DNA of 63,409 nucleotides, counting the filler, from Octopus bimaculoides (taxonomy: Eukaryota), in assembly GCF_001194135.2 (NCBI RefSeq). It is 7 parts of 6 records of this genome, joined end to end, with 100 filler letters (N's around TTAATTAATTAA, not from the genome) between each part and the next. Parts side by side here need not be neighbours in the genome. Positions count along the whole stretch, not along the records: positions 35,824 to 56,921 come from NC_068981.1; 6 more parts are not named here. One strand, given 5' to 3'. Made by a program: the position numbers and the translations under genes. Below are positions 38,459 through 52,740 of this stretch, piece by piece. Positions within the stretch are counted from its first letter, which is position 1; each line of letters starts with the position of its first letter. The notes under the pieces are model-generated. The model was not told the DNA's origin. It saw nothing but the letters and a program-made list of their open reading frames with translations, and searched no databases.

Positions 38459-39019
38459 TTAAATAATCAAGGTGAACACAAACTGCATGAATGTCACCAA
38501 CTTCGGAGAATCTGCAAAGTTCATGTGTACAACTAGGACTCCCTGATTAAGCAATATAATATAACTAGATTGCTATGCAGTTGTATGGTTTACGAGGTAT
38601 TCAAATCTCGTTGAGAGAGAAAGTATCCGAAGAGATCAAGTGATGTAACAGATACCTCGGTTCGGTTACAAAGATTTTAGTTTAAGGATTCCATATTAGA
38701 CACACAATGATAACGGCCGATGTTAACTATGTAGGCCAATGGTGAACATCATACATCAGTATTAAAATAAAATATCTGTGATTACAGATCTCTGGTAAGC
38801 CGAGCACTATTTATATCAAGAAAACAACCACACTAAACAGACGAGTGACCCTCGACTAGAGCCCTCACCGCTCCAAATACTGGGTCTCCTTATAACCAAA
38901 GATCACTCCTGTTGAAAGCACATACTTAGCATAGCTAGTACTGCATCACAAACACTATCCTTTCTCTTCAGGGTCAAGAAGTATTTCAGCTTCCAACAGA
39001 AACCAACATAGGCCAGTAC

Positions 39020-39510
39020 AGAAGAATATAGGTCATGATGAACACTATAAAATCAATGATGAATGATATGGATCAGCCGTGAACAGTTTCGATAAGCGGC
39101 AAACAACATAAGTCAATACTGAACAATAGGTCAATAACAAACAATATAAGTTAGAGGTGAACAATATAGGTTAGTGATGAGCAATATTGCTTAGTGATGA
39201 ACAAATTAGTGGTGAACAATACGAGTTAGTGGTGAACAATACAGTTGAAAGGTGAACAATACAGTTGAAAGGTGAACAATATAGATTGGTAGTAAACAAT
39301 GTAAGCTAATGGAGAAATATATAAGTTGATGTTAAGCAATATAGGTTGACAGTGAAAAATACAGGTCACTGGTGAACAATATCAGTCAATGGTGAACAAT
39401 ATAGATTAGTGATGAAGTGAACAATATAGGTTAGTGGTGAAAACTATAGGTTAATGGTTAACAATATATGTTAGTGGTGAACAATATAGATTAAAGTTAA
39501 ACGTTATAGA
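39020..39510. repeat. Diverged ~20-bp minisatellite (consensus near GGTGAACAATATAGGTTAGT), over 20 units
   Basis: Recurrent GTGAACAATA core at 20-bp spacing. Confidence 0.9.
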
Positions 39511-40161
39511 CACCCGATAAATCAGGTGAATCGGTATTGTACACTATGTCAGATGTAAACAATTAAGAACAGTATGAAGAAATATAGGTAAACAACAATT
39601 ACTGATTCAGGTTAACTCTATGGCACACAAATAATGGGCAGGATAAATAGATGTAAGACATAGATTTATTATCCCAGATATACCCTGTCCCACCTAACCG
39701 AGGATGTAGCCCAGTTATAAACGAAGATGCAACTATAGAGAGATAATACTGTCATATCAAAGTTAAAGGTTTATTATTGTCAAATTTATTACGAAGATAA
39801 TACTTTGTCGTACTCATTTATTCCAACTCATTCCTTCCTTCCCTCTTTCCATCATTCTCTCCTCCCTCCTTCCCCTCTTTCTCTCCCTTTCTCTCTCTCT
39901 CCCTCTAACTCTCTAACTCTCTGTCTATGTGTTATATTCATACCACTTGAGGCTAATTTCCTCTGTTCCCTCAACTGTTTCCTGCGTTCGGCTCTTAGCC
40001 GTTCCTGACTTTTATTAGCCAATATCAGGAAGTTAATCAAAACAGAAGACACCAGTTTAAGATCACTGGAAGCAGATGACATTTCAGCGGCAAAACTATC
40101 GTTCTTCTAGGGGTCACGCTTATTATACCGGCGCCTGACCTTTCCACTGACATTTTTTGTT

Positions 40162-40321
<160 letters not shown>

Positions 40322-40571
40322 CACATACATATATATATATGTATGTATGTATACACACACATATACATACATACATAAATGTATGTATGTATGAATGCAT
40401 GTATGCATATAAATGTATGTATGTATGTGTGTATGTATATATATATATGTGTGTGTGTGTATGTATACATGTATAAGTGTGTGCGTAATGTGGATGCGTC
40501 TATCCAGGTGTGACTGTATTTGCGTGTATATACGTACTTATGTATGTATGTATGCCTGTATGCGTATGTAA

Positions 40572-40603
<32 letters not shown>

Positions 40604-40904
40604 NNNNNNNNNNNNNNNNNNNNNNNNNNNNNNNNNNNNNNNNNNNNNNNNNNNNNNNNNNNNNNNNNNNNNNNNNNNNNNNNNNNNNNNNNNNNNNNNN
40701 NNNNNNNNNNNNNNNNNNNNNNNNNNNNNNNNNNNNNNNNNNNNNNNNNNNNNNNNNNNNNNNNNNNNNNNNNNNNNNNNNNNNNNNNNNNNNNNNNNNN
40801 NNNNNNNNNNNNNNNNNNNNNNNNNNNNNNNNNNNNNNNNNNNNNNNNNNNNNNNNNNNNNNNNNNNNNNNNNNNNNNNNNNNNNNNNNNNNNNNNNNNN
40901 NNNN

Positions 40905-40970
<66 letters not shown>

Positions 40971-41175
40971 CATGTGGTTCTGTGTATATGTATTTGCGCG
41001 TAGTTATGTTTTGATAAATAACTAAGTAGACAGATGTATAAATACATTGGTCGGTAGGTAAGTTGATAGGGTGGTGGGGTAAGCTGTTGGAAATATAGAT
41101 AGGTAGATAGACAGGCTAACATATCTAACTAACAGACATATAGACTGATAAATAGACAAGCTGACAGGCACACAA

Positions 41176-41213
<38 letters not shown>

Positions 41214-41340
41214 GGATAGATACATACATACATACATACATACACAAATCAGACAAACATCGTCAAATCACTTTCCCACAAAAGCAAGTTATGACATTAT
41301 GTGCCCATATACAGATAAATGTGTATTTGATGTATATATA

Positions 41341-41378
<38 letters not shown>

Positions 41379-42054
41379 TGTGTGTTCGTGTGTTCGTGCG
41401 CGCGTGCGTATATATATGTATATATGTATGTACAAATATATATATATGCATATATATACATACATACTTTTACAGACACACACACATACACACACGCACA
41501 GAGACACACATATATATATACATACATACATATATAATATATATATNNNNNNNNNNNNNNNNNNNNNNNNNNNNNNNNNNNNNNNNNNNNNNNNNNNNNN
41601 NNNNNNNNNNNNNNNNNNNNNNNNNNNNNNNNNNNNNNNNNNNNNNNNNNNNNNNNNNNNNNNNNNNNNNNNNNNNNNNNNNNNNNNNNNNNNNNNNNNN
41701 NNNNNNNNNNNNNNNNNNNNNNNNNNNNNNNNNNNNNNNNNNNNNNNNNNNNNNNNNNNNNNNNNNNNNNNNNNNNNNNNNNNNNNNNNNNNNNNNNNNN
41801 NNNNNNNNNNNNNNNNNNNNNNNNNAGAAAGTTGTTGATAGGTTTTCAAATATTTCCAGATTATTATTCTGGTTGACCACTTCTTCCGGTTAAAATGAAA
41901 ACTGCAGCGTTCTCTTGCACCTTCAAAATATTACCTCCGTCATCTGTTTGCATCCGATGATGTTCTCGTTCTTTGGTTCTATTGGAACTGTATCGTCCAC
42001 CACTTGTCTCCGTTTTTCTTTCTTTCCTTTTTAGCGCGCATACAGAAACAGACA

Positions 42055-42093
<39 letters not shown>

Positions 42094-44499
42094 ACACACA
42101 CATACACACATACACACATACACACATACACACACACACACTCCCTCGCCCTCTCTCTTTCTATGTGTCAGTCATTTTCATCATAGCTATTCCTCTCCTT
42201 TATATCGTGTGTGTATGTGTGTGTGTAATATGTATGCATATACATATATTTATCATGCACATGCATACTTATATAGGTGTAATTATATGCATGCATATGT
42301 GCATGTGTGCGTGAGTACGTATTTATATTATGTATGTGTGAATGTGATGAGAATTCCGCAACTTTGGGAAGATATCAAATTGGTGGTCAATGAATACTCT
42401 GTGTGTACTGTTTAACAGATTTTTGCTTTGCACCCATTACCTTTCACATACAGCTTATAAAGAGCCAATAGAGGAATTCTGCCTATCAATTGATCTGCTA
42501 GGGACAACAGTCAAATCTATCTCAAATCACAAAGCTACTGCCTTAAAAATGGAAGGACATTTTGGATAATGCAGCCCAAGATGCAATAAAGCAAACTTAA
42601 GACGGTATCATCAAGGCTGTCTTACTATATGAGTATTCTTGATGAAGAATGATCCTGAGTTATAACAAGATTACGACCAAGAAGCAATGACTCTTAAACG
42701 GTATTGTTGCTATTTAACCTTAGAAATAGTTGTTTATTATTCAGCTAGAAAAAAGAAAACCAGTCAAATCTTCCAAAAATCACAACCATCAGTTTTTAAA
42801 ATGGAAAGAAAACCCGTTGGAGCTACATCAATTTTACACTAACATAGAAACCAAACGTATTTCACTTTTGAATCCTTCAAGACAGATAATTAGATGACCT
42901 ATTATATACTCTTCAGTGAGATCTCCTATATCCCGAACAGAGCCAGAGTCCACGGCATCAAAAACTCCAGTTATTTATTCTCTTATTAGTGAGCTGCAGT
43001 TGTACAGGCGAGCAACACAAAAATACTGCCAACAAGACATGAAGAAAATTACTCTTCTTCGTCAATAAAGAGCCAGTTATCTGTCAGCAAGTAACGGCGG
43101 CAAGACAACTATCAAATAAAGCAATGGATGTATCTGATGGTCTGTAAGTTCACTTGCAATCCACCTTGCAGCTGAGATTCATTCTATCTTGCAAGGAAGA
43201 ACTCTGTTTATTTTTCTGAATCTTTGCTTTAAAAATGACTTCTTATTCAAGGCGACTCTCTATGTAGTTTTTCTACAGATAAGACAACCCCATTTGTTGT
43301 CTATTCTTTACCTCCGACTCTATACTGCAAGAACACAACACAACAAACGTCTCTCCTAAATTCTCCATCTCGACACTAACTGTTTCACTACCATGACACA
43401 CTGCTGCTAAATGCAAGAAAAAGACTTTATCGATTTTTCCAAACCAGCAAGGTAAAGTATCCCGTTTCAAAAAAATATCTGTACTCACAACATTTCAAAA
43501 ATGATCAAGACAGTTATAAACTATCACTTTACACAACATTTTTAGTGTTTGTCATGTTTCCAACTAACCACCAATACGTTTTTTTTTTTTTCGTATCGCC
43601 GAATTTATTGGAAACTCGAACTTTAGGAAAGCAGTCAGTATGGCATGAGAACTTTGTAATAAATTATTTTTATGGGCTACAATCATCTGTGAGCTTTTAC
43701 ATTGGATGTTTTGTGTCACTCTCTTTCACTCGTTTACTATGCAATCTTGCAAATGTTTACTCCATATTTCTTATTATTTCTGAGAGTTAATTCTTATGTC
43801 ACTAGTAGGAAAGTATGAATCGGGCTAAGTTCTTCTCAGCCCATTCAGCTGTCATTAATTTGGCTACAAAAAGTAGATGTATATTCTATAACAATCAAGG
43901 GAAAACTTCGAATTTCCTGAATGACTTTCCCATTTTCATGAGGAAAATAACGTTTTTTTTTGTTTTCTTTTTCAGTTGTGCACCCTGCCTGATGATGAGT
44001 TATGTTTCATACGACCCGCTTTTCGGTAAAAGTTGCCTATACTTGCTCTATAAGTTATCAAGCATACATCTTATATTACTGTTATATGGTGAGAAACTTA
44101 GAAAGTGGGAAGCATTGCTTCAATTTCTTAGTTTGCTTTGTTTTTTTCATATGACCCTGCTGATGTGAGTCTTCCAAATTGGTTTTCAATGAAGAAGATT
44201 TCACTCCTTTTTCTCTACCACTGTATTTGTCTATCTGTATATCTTATTGTAGGTCTCTACTTCTAACCTTCCCTCTCTTCCCTACCACTCTTTCTGAAAT
44301 ACGTACGTGCTTATGTGTGTGCATTTACCTGTGCGTGAATTTATACATGCATATACATAGATATATACACAGTATCAGAAAGACATTCATAGAAAACGGA
44401 AACAGATCGAACACCTTGAGATAAGGCCCAAGAGAAAAATATACTAAAAAATAATAATAAATAAAATTACTTTATTCCTTCGGAACTCGAAATCTCAAA

Positions 44500-45300
44500 A
44501 GGGGAGATGTTATGGCGAGAGTATGACACCCTCTGAGGAAAATACATATAAATTACATATAAATAGTAGCGGTCTGACGTAGTCGGTAGTCGGCGAAGGG
44601 GGTACCACCTCGGCGTACTATAGAGGGCTGGTAGACGGCCTGTGGGAAACTCTGGGATTCGATGAAAGTCAGCTTGCCAACCTGCATAAGGCCCAGGACT
44701 TATGGACAACTTCCAGAGGTCTCTGGCTTAGCTGTGCTTCCGAAGTGCCTTGCCAGTTCGAGATAAACACGCGAGGCATGGCGTCACGGTTTCGCCTACG
44801 TGCCCACGTTGCAGGCAGAGCAACGAAACTGTTCTGCAAGCAATCGTACAGTGTCCGAGTCTCTCGGACCTGTGGGTTTCTGCCGAACGGGTACTGTTAC
44901 AGTTGGGAAGAGTACAGCTGACAGCCCAATCGATTATTAAGATCGTTCCGCCGTCTCCTCTAAAAGGAGAAGAGAAATTTTGTTTTCTAGCCGTAATAGC
45001 TATAGCGAAAGATGTGGTATGGAAGACGCGTGGAAGAGGTATCGCATCAGGCACCTTCGTCTACGGGCATGCTTTGGTTAACCTCTTTTTATATCACCTA
45101 AGAGGGAAAGCATGTCTGGAGAAGAAATGCCAGACAGCAAAAAAGTACGAAAGAAGATGGAAAAAAAGTAGCCCGAATGTTGGGTGTGTAAGTACCAAAT
45201 TAAGCAGAGTAAAAAAGGACAAAGTAAACGGTTCAACGCAGGAATGTGGTTGGTGGGGTCAAACTCATTCCGCGTCCATTCATTTTTTGTTTCATCTTCA
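44500..45300 (+). mobile_element. L1/Tx1-clade LINE 3' end with zf-RVT CCHC knuckle
   Basis: LPVRDKHARHGVTVSPTCPRCRQSNETVLQAIVQCPSLSDLW..FLAVIAIAKDVVWKTR..LFLYHLRGK. Confidence 0.85.
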
Positions 45301-46258
45301 TTCGTAATTATAATATATTTATTCATATAATAAATTTATTCATATATATGTAAATCCATTCTATAAGTCCCCGACCTCATTTGTCCCTTGTATTGTCTCC
45401 ATTTTGTTTAACCCTTGTAGTTTCAATAAAATCATCGTAATTTGGTCTTCGAAGTCCAGGTACAGTTTACAGTTCGAGTTAGTGTGTTGGAAATATTGAT
45501 TGTTGGTTCGTAAAAGATTGTTGGTTCGTTGCGTGTTTCTTACTGCCATTTTTTCTATTTTGTATTGTTAACACTGTTACAGTATATTCTTTATCTACCC
45601 TCGACAATATCGATCGTGCTACGATATTGGAGGCGTTAGGATATAACACGTACATACATACATACATACATACATATGTCTATTATACATCATTTGAAAC
45701 TCATGAATACCTGTATGTACGTTTGTAAATATGTGTGTGTGTGACGTCAATTTTAAAATTACGTCAAAATTTTCAAATTTGATATATTGAAATCATTTTC
45801 CGCGTTAAATCTGATTTTGTTATATATTTGTTCCAGAAAACTTGCAGAAAAATATTACTGAGGTTAATCAATTTTACCTAATCAGAAAACAAGATTTGGA
45901 AGCTGGTATTTTCTGCATGATAGCTATCATAAAATGAAAGCAAAATTATTACGAGAAGGAACTTTTATTAATCAATCCAAAGCAAAGCATTACGACGACC
46001 AAAGTTGTAAGAACTTCTGAAGTTTTAATAAGTTTTAATGAATAAAGTCACTTGAAACGGTCGAACAGACATGTAATAATTCAAGAAGGAAAAAAAATCC
46101 TCAACGAAGTTTTTTTGCGAAAAATTGCACAAATCTGTCCTGATTAAGGGGCGTATCTGTCGGAGAAAGTATGGTCTGACATGGAATAAACAAAAATTTA
46201 TATGACATTCTATTGTAAAAATTGCCCAGCAACAACGAGTTATTCAGCTAGTATATAC

Positions 46259-46375
<117 letters not shown>

Positions 46376-46379
46376 TATG

Positions 46380-46592
46380 TTTATGTCTATGTTTGTCCCT
46401 ATCAACACTGCTTTTTAACCGGTATTGTGTTTACATCCCTGTAACTTAGAGGTTCGGCAAAAGAGAACCGATAAGATATGTACCAGGCTTAAAAAGAAAG
46501 TACTGGGGTCGATTCATTCAACTAAAAGCCCTTCAAAGTGATGCCCCAGCATGGCCGCAGTCTAATGACTGAAACAAGTAAAAGATAAAAGA
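46380..46592 (+). mobile_element. SINE family A, 3' half
   Basis: CATCCCTGTAACTTAG..CCCCAGCATGGCCGCAGTCTAATGACTGAAACAAGTAAAAGATAAAAG. Confidence 0.85.
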
Positions 46593-47469
46593 TGTTTGCA
46601 CCTTTAACACAATCCTTGAGCGCAGTCAGAACGAGGTATTGTGTCACAAGGTCGGTCTTTTAACATACAACTACAATTCATCCGACGGGATTCTTAACAG
46701 TTTCCATCAACCAAATTTTCTTCGCAAAGCTTGGATTGATCAGAAACTATGGTAAAAAAGCAAACCCAAGAAACTCACCTAAGATGTCACACAGTGAGAA
46801 CGAACTCGGGACTTTATGGCTGGGAAGCGAATTTCTTAACTACTCGACCATGCCTGCATCCATATATAGAAGACACACGTGCACGCGCACGTACAAATGC
46901 GCCATATTTGTTCAAAAGTGATACGACTACGGTCCTGAGCTTGAGTGATAACTATGTAACCTGTATGTACGTATTTAACTTAATTAATCGCAGACAGTGA
47001 TAAATGTTCCGATAAAATTCCCCCACCATTAACTGTTGCTGCTAATATTGGATTTCTAGGAAAACAGTGTCAAAGGTGAAGGAATAACGCTGAAAATAAT
47101 TGCTGATTTACATGCTTCACATGATACATGAGATATTTCATATAAATAGCTAGTAAGGTGGAGGTAGCGGCGAAGGTAGGGCAAAGATGGTATTAGCTAG
47201 TAGAATGTCGGAATGGTTGTCTGTCAAGCATCGGTTTCCGTACAACTTAGTCAAACACGACAAATGATAAGGAATATAAAACCAAAACCAAAATCGACAA
47301 GCAGGGCGTAATGTTCCACACTGATGTATGTATGTACGTACTTACGTATGCATGAATGTATGTATGTATGTATATATATATTAGAAACAGCGCTAGTATT
47401 ACAAACGTTATCGACCACACATACTCAATGAATGCGCTTTGCTTGTTCGACGGTAGGTTGCGGTTTAGC

Positions 47470-49250
47470 GCGGTGAGGATAACTCTCTCAAAGCGCCAGA
47501 AAGTCATAGACAAGCAAGACAACTCGCCTCAAATACCGCCCAGGAACGGTGGACATCGCTGTTTTGCTAGTTTTGTGACTTATCAACATCATGTACCTGA
47601 ACCGAATCGGAGGCGAACTGAATCGCCAGTCTATGGCTATATACAAATAATGCAAAAACCATTTGCTGGTATGCTACGACGATGTGTACGTAAAATGTCA
47701 TCAAATTTATAACTGTATTTTGAGCAGCCTCGATATCTGCTGATTTCTTTTCACTACACAAATTAAGTTTAATACTTTAAAATCTTGGCACAAGGCCAGC
47801 ATTTTTTTTTTTTTGTAGGCTTTACTCGATTATTCTGACAGGTGAAGCTGCCAGTGCTGATCCAAAGCTACTACTGATTATCCCAGGCAGCTGGGGAAAA
47901 AAGTATTGCTGGAGGGTGCTACACACCAGAGCAATTATGCAATGTTGATGAAACTGCAATTTTCGGTTGCTCATACCTCCTAGAATTGTTTATTTCTTGA
48001 GAAGAAAAATCAACACAGGGATTTTTAAGTTTCAGAAAATCTGACGCTTCTCCTGGGACGAAATGCTTCTGGTGATATGAAATTGAAGCTGCTACTCGTT
48101 TATGACTCCGAAAATCCAAATGATACAAGGTTATGCAAAGTTTAATTTGTTTCTGATTTGATGTTTCAGTAAGAAGGTATGGACGACTAAGATCCTTTTT
48201 GAAGAGTGGTTTACAAGCATTTTTCGTCCTATTATAGAAAAGTTCAATGCCAGACGTAATATTTCTGAAAAACATTACTCATTTTAGACAATGCACCAAG
48301 CCACTCAGTGAACTTAAATAAGCTTTTGGATAATGTTGGAGTGGAATATATTTCCAAGGATACAACTTCTTTGCTCAAGTCAACGGATCAAGCGGTGTTA
48401 GCTAACTTTAAGGTTGTTTATCTGAGAACTTTCAAACAACTTATAAAAGCTAGAAAATTACTATTTGTAAATCTCACAACGAGAGATATTCTGCAACAGT
48501 ATTTTGGAGTAAAGATTATTTGCCAACATAACATGGCAGTCCTGGTTAAGGACGAATGTTGCTGTAATTTAATTCCAGGAGACACCGTCTTATAAAAGCT
48601 ATTGATAGGGAGGATAAACCTACAGATAGACACATAAGGAAGAAATTCAACATAATGCATGCTGTGGATAACGTAGCTGCGTCATAGAACAAAGTGAAAT
48701 CCTCAACTTTGAATGGTGCTTGGAAAATATATATGGGTCAGACTGTACTAGTATCTTTACGAATTTTCCACAAGCTGAAAGTTTACAACAAATTCAAAAA
48801 GATACTGTAACACTTGCAAATGTTGTAGAGTTTCGAGAAATCATAGAGTTCTGCGCGTTTGAGTAGCTTGTGTCTCATAGAGAAGGTTTATCTAACGAAG
48901 AGCTAAAACAAAAGCAAGCTGAGAATACAGATGAGAATACGGAAATTCCACCAGCCCCACTTAAACTGACTGCAAAGAATATTGATAAAGAGTTGACACT
49001 TATAGAGAAAAATCTGCAAGTTTCTTTTGCTGATAACTCTTATCGTGAACGTAACTTAAAAAATTGCAGGAAAAATTTACAATGAGCTCAGCTCCTGCTC
49101 TGAGCTGTACAAAGAGATGGTGTGCTTTAATATCAAACAATTTTGGATAAGTTTTTTCCTCCCAAGTCAATGTTGATAATGAACAATACAACAGAAGAAA
49201 GTGTTCCTCATCCTCCAAGTATTCCTCATTCCATTGCCACACCTCAGGCA
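47470..49250 (+). mobile_element. Tigger/pogo (DDE_1) transposon relic
   Basis: LTGEAASADP..YTPEQLCNVDETAIF; LLILDNAPSH..VEYISKDTTSLLKSTDQAVLANFKVVYLRTF; possible N-terminal RITLSKRQKVID. Many frameshifts. Confidence 0.85.
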
Positions 49251-50779
49251 GTGATCAACATCTTTTGTTGTAACTACATAGTGTAGTACAGTATTACGAA
49301 TCTTATTATTTCCTAATGTATTTCACTTCAAATGTTTTTATGCATAATATTGTACCATTGTAATTTGAGTTAATTCACTTGCAATCAGATATTTCGATAA
49401 CAAAATTTAATGCCGTTTATGTTGGGACTTGAAAAATCAATCCTATGCAATTAATGAAAAATATACACCTTTGCAGAATCACGCATAGAAAATAGCAAGA
49501 CGTTTGCTACTACATATATAAATAGGCTTACTTAACTTTAAATTTATCCAAGAACGACTTGTGTTACGGAAAATAATCTTGCAAACTAAGAAGTGCTATA
49601 TTATCAGCCCCATATAACATGCTTTCCAATGCATTAATATGCAGTGTAAGAAGTTTAATTAAATTCGAAACATTATACTCACTAGTGTCTTGGTGAATCG
49701 GTATCAGAGGCATAATAAATATCTAGTTAATGCATGATAGCATTTTAATACTGTTTGCTGTAATTGTGTGCATACCTATGATTCTGTAGAATTAAGGACT
49801 CCCTACATTTTCCATCATGCATTCATCCCGTAGGTTCTTTCGCACTTTTGTTACTTAAAACCTCTGCTCTAAACGATCAAATGACGAGTTAGAAATAGAA
49901 TCTATATCTCATACAAATCTCTCCTTACTATACTAAATAATCGTTTCTATTATAGACACAATATAAGAAATTTGGTAAAGGGATAATTTGATTAAATGGA
50001 CTCTGATACTTGACTAATATTAAATTTTATCCCACCTACCCCCACTTCCCGTAACTGTTTAATAATTGAAGTATTTGAATTCAGTTTGGAAAGAGCCAGA
50101 ACAAATATCAGAAAGCATCTTATCCGACGCTGTAATAATGGTCCTGCTACTGTATTAACTAATGAAAAAAAAAAAATCAATTGCGTAATCCTAGATACTC
50201 GTAAAAAATACGAAGTGGTCACGGCTGGAACGCTTTTGGCAAATTAGTCTTCTCGATCAGAACTGATTTGAGTTAAACAACATATAACAAGAGCAGCAGC
50301 AACAACAATAACAAAACAACAACAACAACAATAACAAAACAACAACAACAAAAACAACTGTGGTTTCCATTCCGTTTTATATAGTCGAGCCTGACATTTG
50401 ACATCGGCGCAGCACAGGCATAGCTACTTGGATTGGAACATAAATTTGGTGAGAAGAGAACTGTCGTATAAATTTGTTCAAGACTTACTAGACATTTACT
50501 TATTCGGTGCTGGAAAACTGAAACGCAATGTCAGCTACGACAAGATTAAAAGGTAAACCGTTAAGTAACCCTATAAATATTGCAAAACATTTTGTCCAGC
50601 GTTCTTCCGCTTCTGCAATGCGCCATACCATAATAATCATTTTTAACATTAGCTAAGACTAACGTTTCTTGAGGAAGGAGAATAGTTGATTGAAATTTAT
50701 TCTTTAATTTACAGCTAGAACCCTTTCTTTCTTCCTCTCTTGCTCTCTTTCTTTCTTTCTTTCTTTCTTCATTTATTTA

Positions 50780-51591
50780 TTTTTTGTTCGATCCTGGATG
50801 GATGAAAGGCAAAATTTAGCTCGGCGGTGACATTTCAACTCAGAACGTAAAGGAATATAACTAAATACTGCAAATTATTTTGTCCGTTGCTTTACGGATT
50901 CTTCCGGCACATAGGAATNNNNNNNNNNNNNNNNNNNNNNNNNNTTTGTGGGAAAACACAGTCAATTGAATTATTCCAGTACTTGGCTAGCGCTTATTTT
51001 ACTGACTACGGAAAACAGAAGGCATTGTCAAACCTGATGGGATTTGAAGTTAAAATGTAAAGAAACATGACTAAATACCATAAGAAAATTCCTCTGGTGC
51101 TCTACCGATTCTGCTATCCACCGACCTCAATTGTAATAATAATCCTTTCTACTAAAGGCACAAGGCATGAAATTTGAGGGGAGGGGATTAGTCGATTGCA
51201 TCAACTTCAGTGTTTTACTGGTACTTAGTTTTTCGACCCCGAAAGGATGAAAGGCAAAGTCGACCTCGGCGGAATTTGAACTCAGAAGGTAGCGACGGGC
51301 GAAATACCACCAAGCATTTCGTCCAGCGTGCTAACGATTCTGCCAGCTCGCCGCCTTTCCAATTGTAATAATAATAATTTTCAAATTTTTGCCACGAGAG
51401 CAGCTTGGGGGAGGTGGGAATGAGTCGATTACATCGGCCCCAGTGTTCAACTGGTACTTAATTTAGCGACTCCGAAAGGATGAAAGGCGAAGTCAACCTC
51501 GGCGGAATTTGGACTCAGAACGTAGCGACGAGTCGAAATACCGCTAAGCATTTCGTCCAGCGTACTAACGACTCTGTCAGCTCATCACCTT
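50780..51591 (-). mobile_element. Four tandem SINE family B copies of differing age
   Basis: Two clean copies (51144-51357, 51376-51591) and two degenerate upstream copies. Confidence 0.88.
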
Positions 51592-51899
51592 TCCAATTGT
51601 AATAGTAATGATAATTAGGGAAATCGGTTCCTAGCAGAATTGTTAATTATTAATCATTGTTATTGTCATGAGGTCAACGAGTGAGGTTTATGTGGTCGTT
51701 TGATTTACTATAGCTGTAGAGAAATCTCTTGCAAATTCGGATCTACCTGGGAACAATGTCTGGAGAAAAAAGGTGACGAGAACACAGCTGGAATACCTTT
51801 CATCGATTTGACCAACTAACACTGATGCTTCTCATAATTCTTCAGCTAAAAGACGACAGATGAGAATCCGATATAACCTACTTCTTGCAGCACAAATTC

Positions 51900-51958
<59 letters not shown>

Positions 51959-51968
51959 NNNNNNNNNN

Positions 51969-52036
<68 letters not shown>

Positions 52037-52569
52037 CACACATGCATAGCATGAGATCTCATCTCGGACTGTAAATTATAGCAATTTTATAGAATTTGAA
52101 GTGTGTGTGTGTCATTGATAATTAAAGATGGTGTCTTCTTGATATGAGTGACTGTGCTTTGATTTTTTTTTTTTTTTTAAGAGATTAAGTTGCCCGTTTC
52201 CCATAGGAGGAGATTTTTAGTATTTCTGTTCTTAGAAATACTGCACGCTTGACTTGGGGTATCTAGATTGCACGAGACTGACGTTTCTTTACGTATCGGC
52301 GTACCGCTAAGAATTGAAGGGTATTATATACAGGAGAATGTATGCTTAGAAGTAATGGTGAACAAGCTGTTAATGTAAAGAGGAAAGAATATCAGAGATA
52401 GAACTGAATCCGAATAACAGCAGGGGGTAATATAATATGGATCAGATATAGCGACAAATTGTAATTGTGTAGTCAAATAGGAAACTTGCAATTCTGGAGT
52501 TAAGAGGCGGGTAGAGCGTTATTTTGCGGGAGCTTCTCCTGCCAGACATGCACAAATGTAATAAAGATT

Positions 52570-52740
52570 TCAAATTTTGGCACAAGGCCACTATTTCGGG
52601 GTAGGAGTTAAATTGATTACATCGACCCTTGTGTTCAACTGGTACTTATTTTATCAACTCCGAAAGGATGAAAGGCAACGTCGACCTCGGCGGAATTTGA
52701 ACTCAGAACGTAAAGAATTTACGAAATGCCGCTAGACATT
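52570..52740 (-). mobile_element. SINE family B
   Basis: TTTCAAATTTTGGCACAAGGCC..GGCGGAATTTGAACTCAGAACGT. Confidence 0.85.

Noticed and set aside
38644-38670. TGTAAC..GTTACA LTR-terminus-like inverted hexamers
   Set aside because: Only 6 bp with no TSD, PBS or second LTR; compatible with chance.
39020-39510. CRISPR-like repeat-spacer appearance
   Set aside because: The period is only 20 bp, the variable halves are homologous, the context is eukaryotic and there are no cas genes.
43278-43451. Segment with good acceptor and donor sites
   Set aside because: All three frames contain stops.
51921-52043. (TG)n facing (CA)n as a potential long hairpin
   Set aside because: The junction is an N gap, so orientation and adjacency are not verified.
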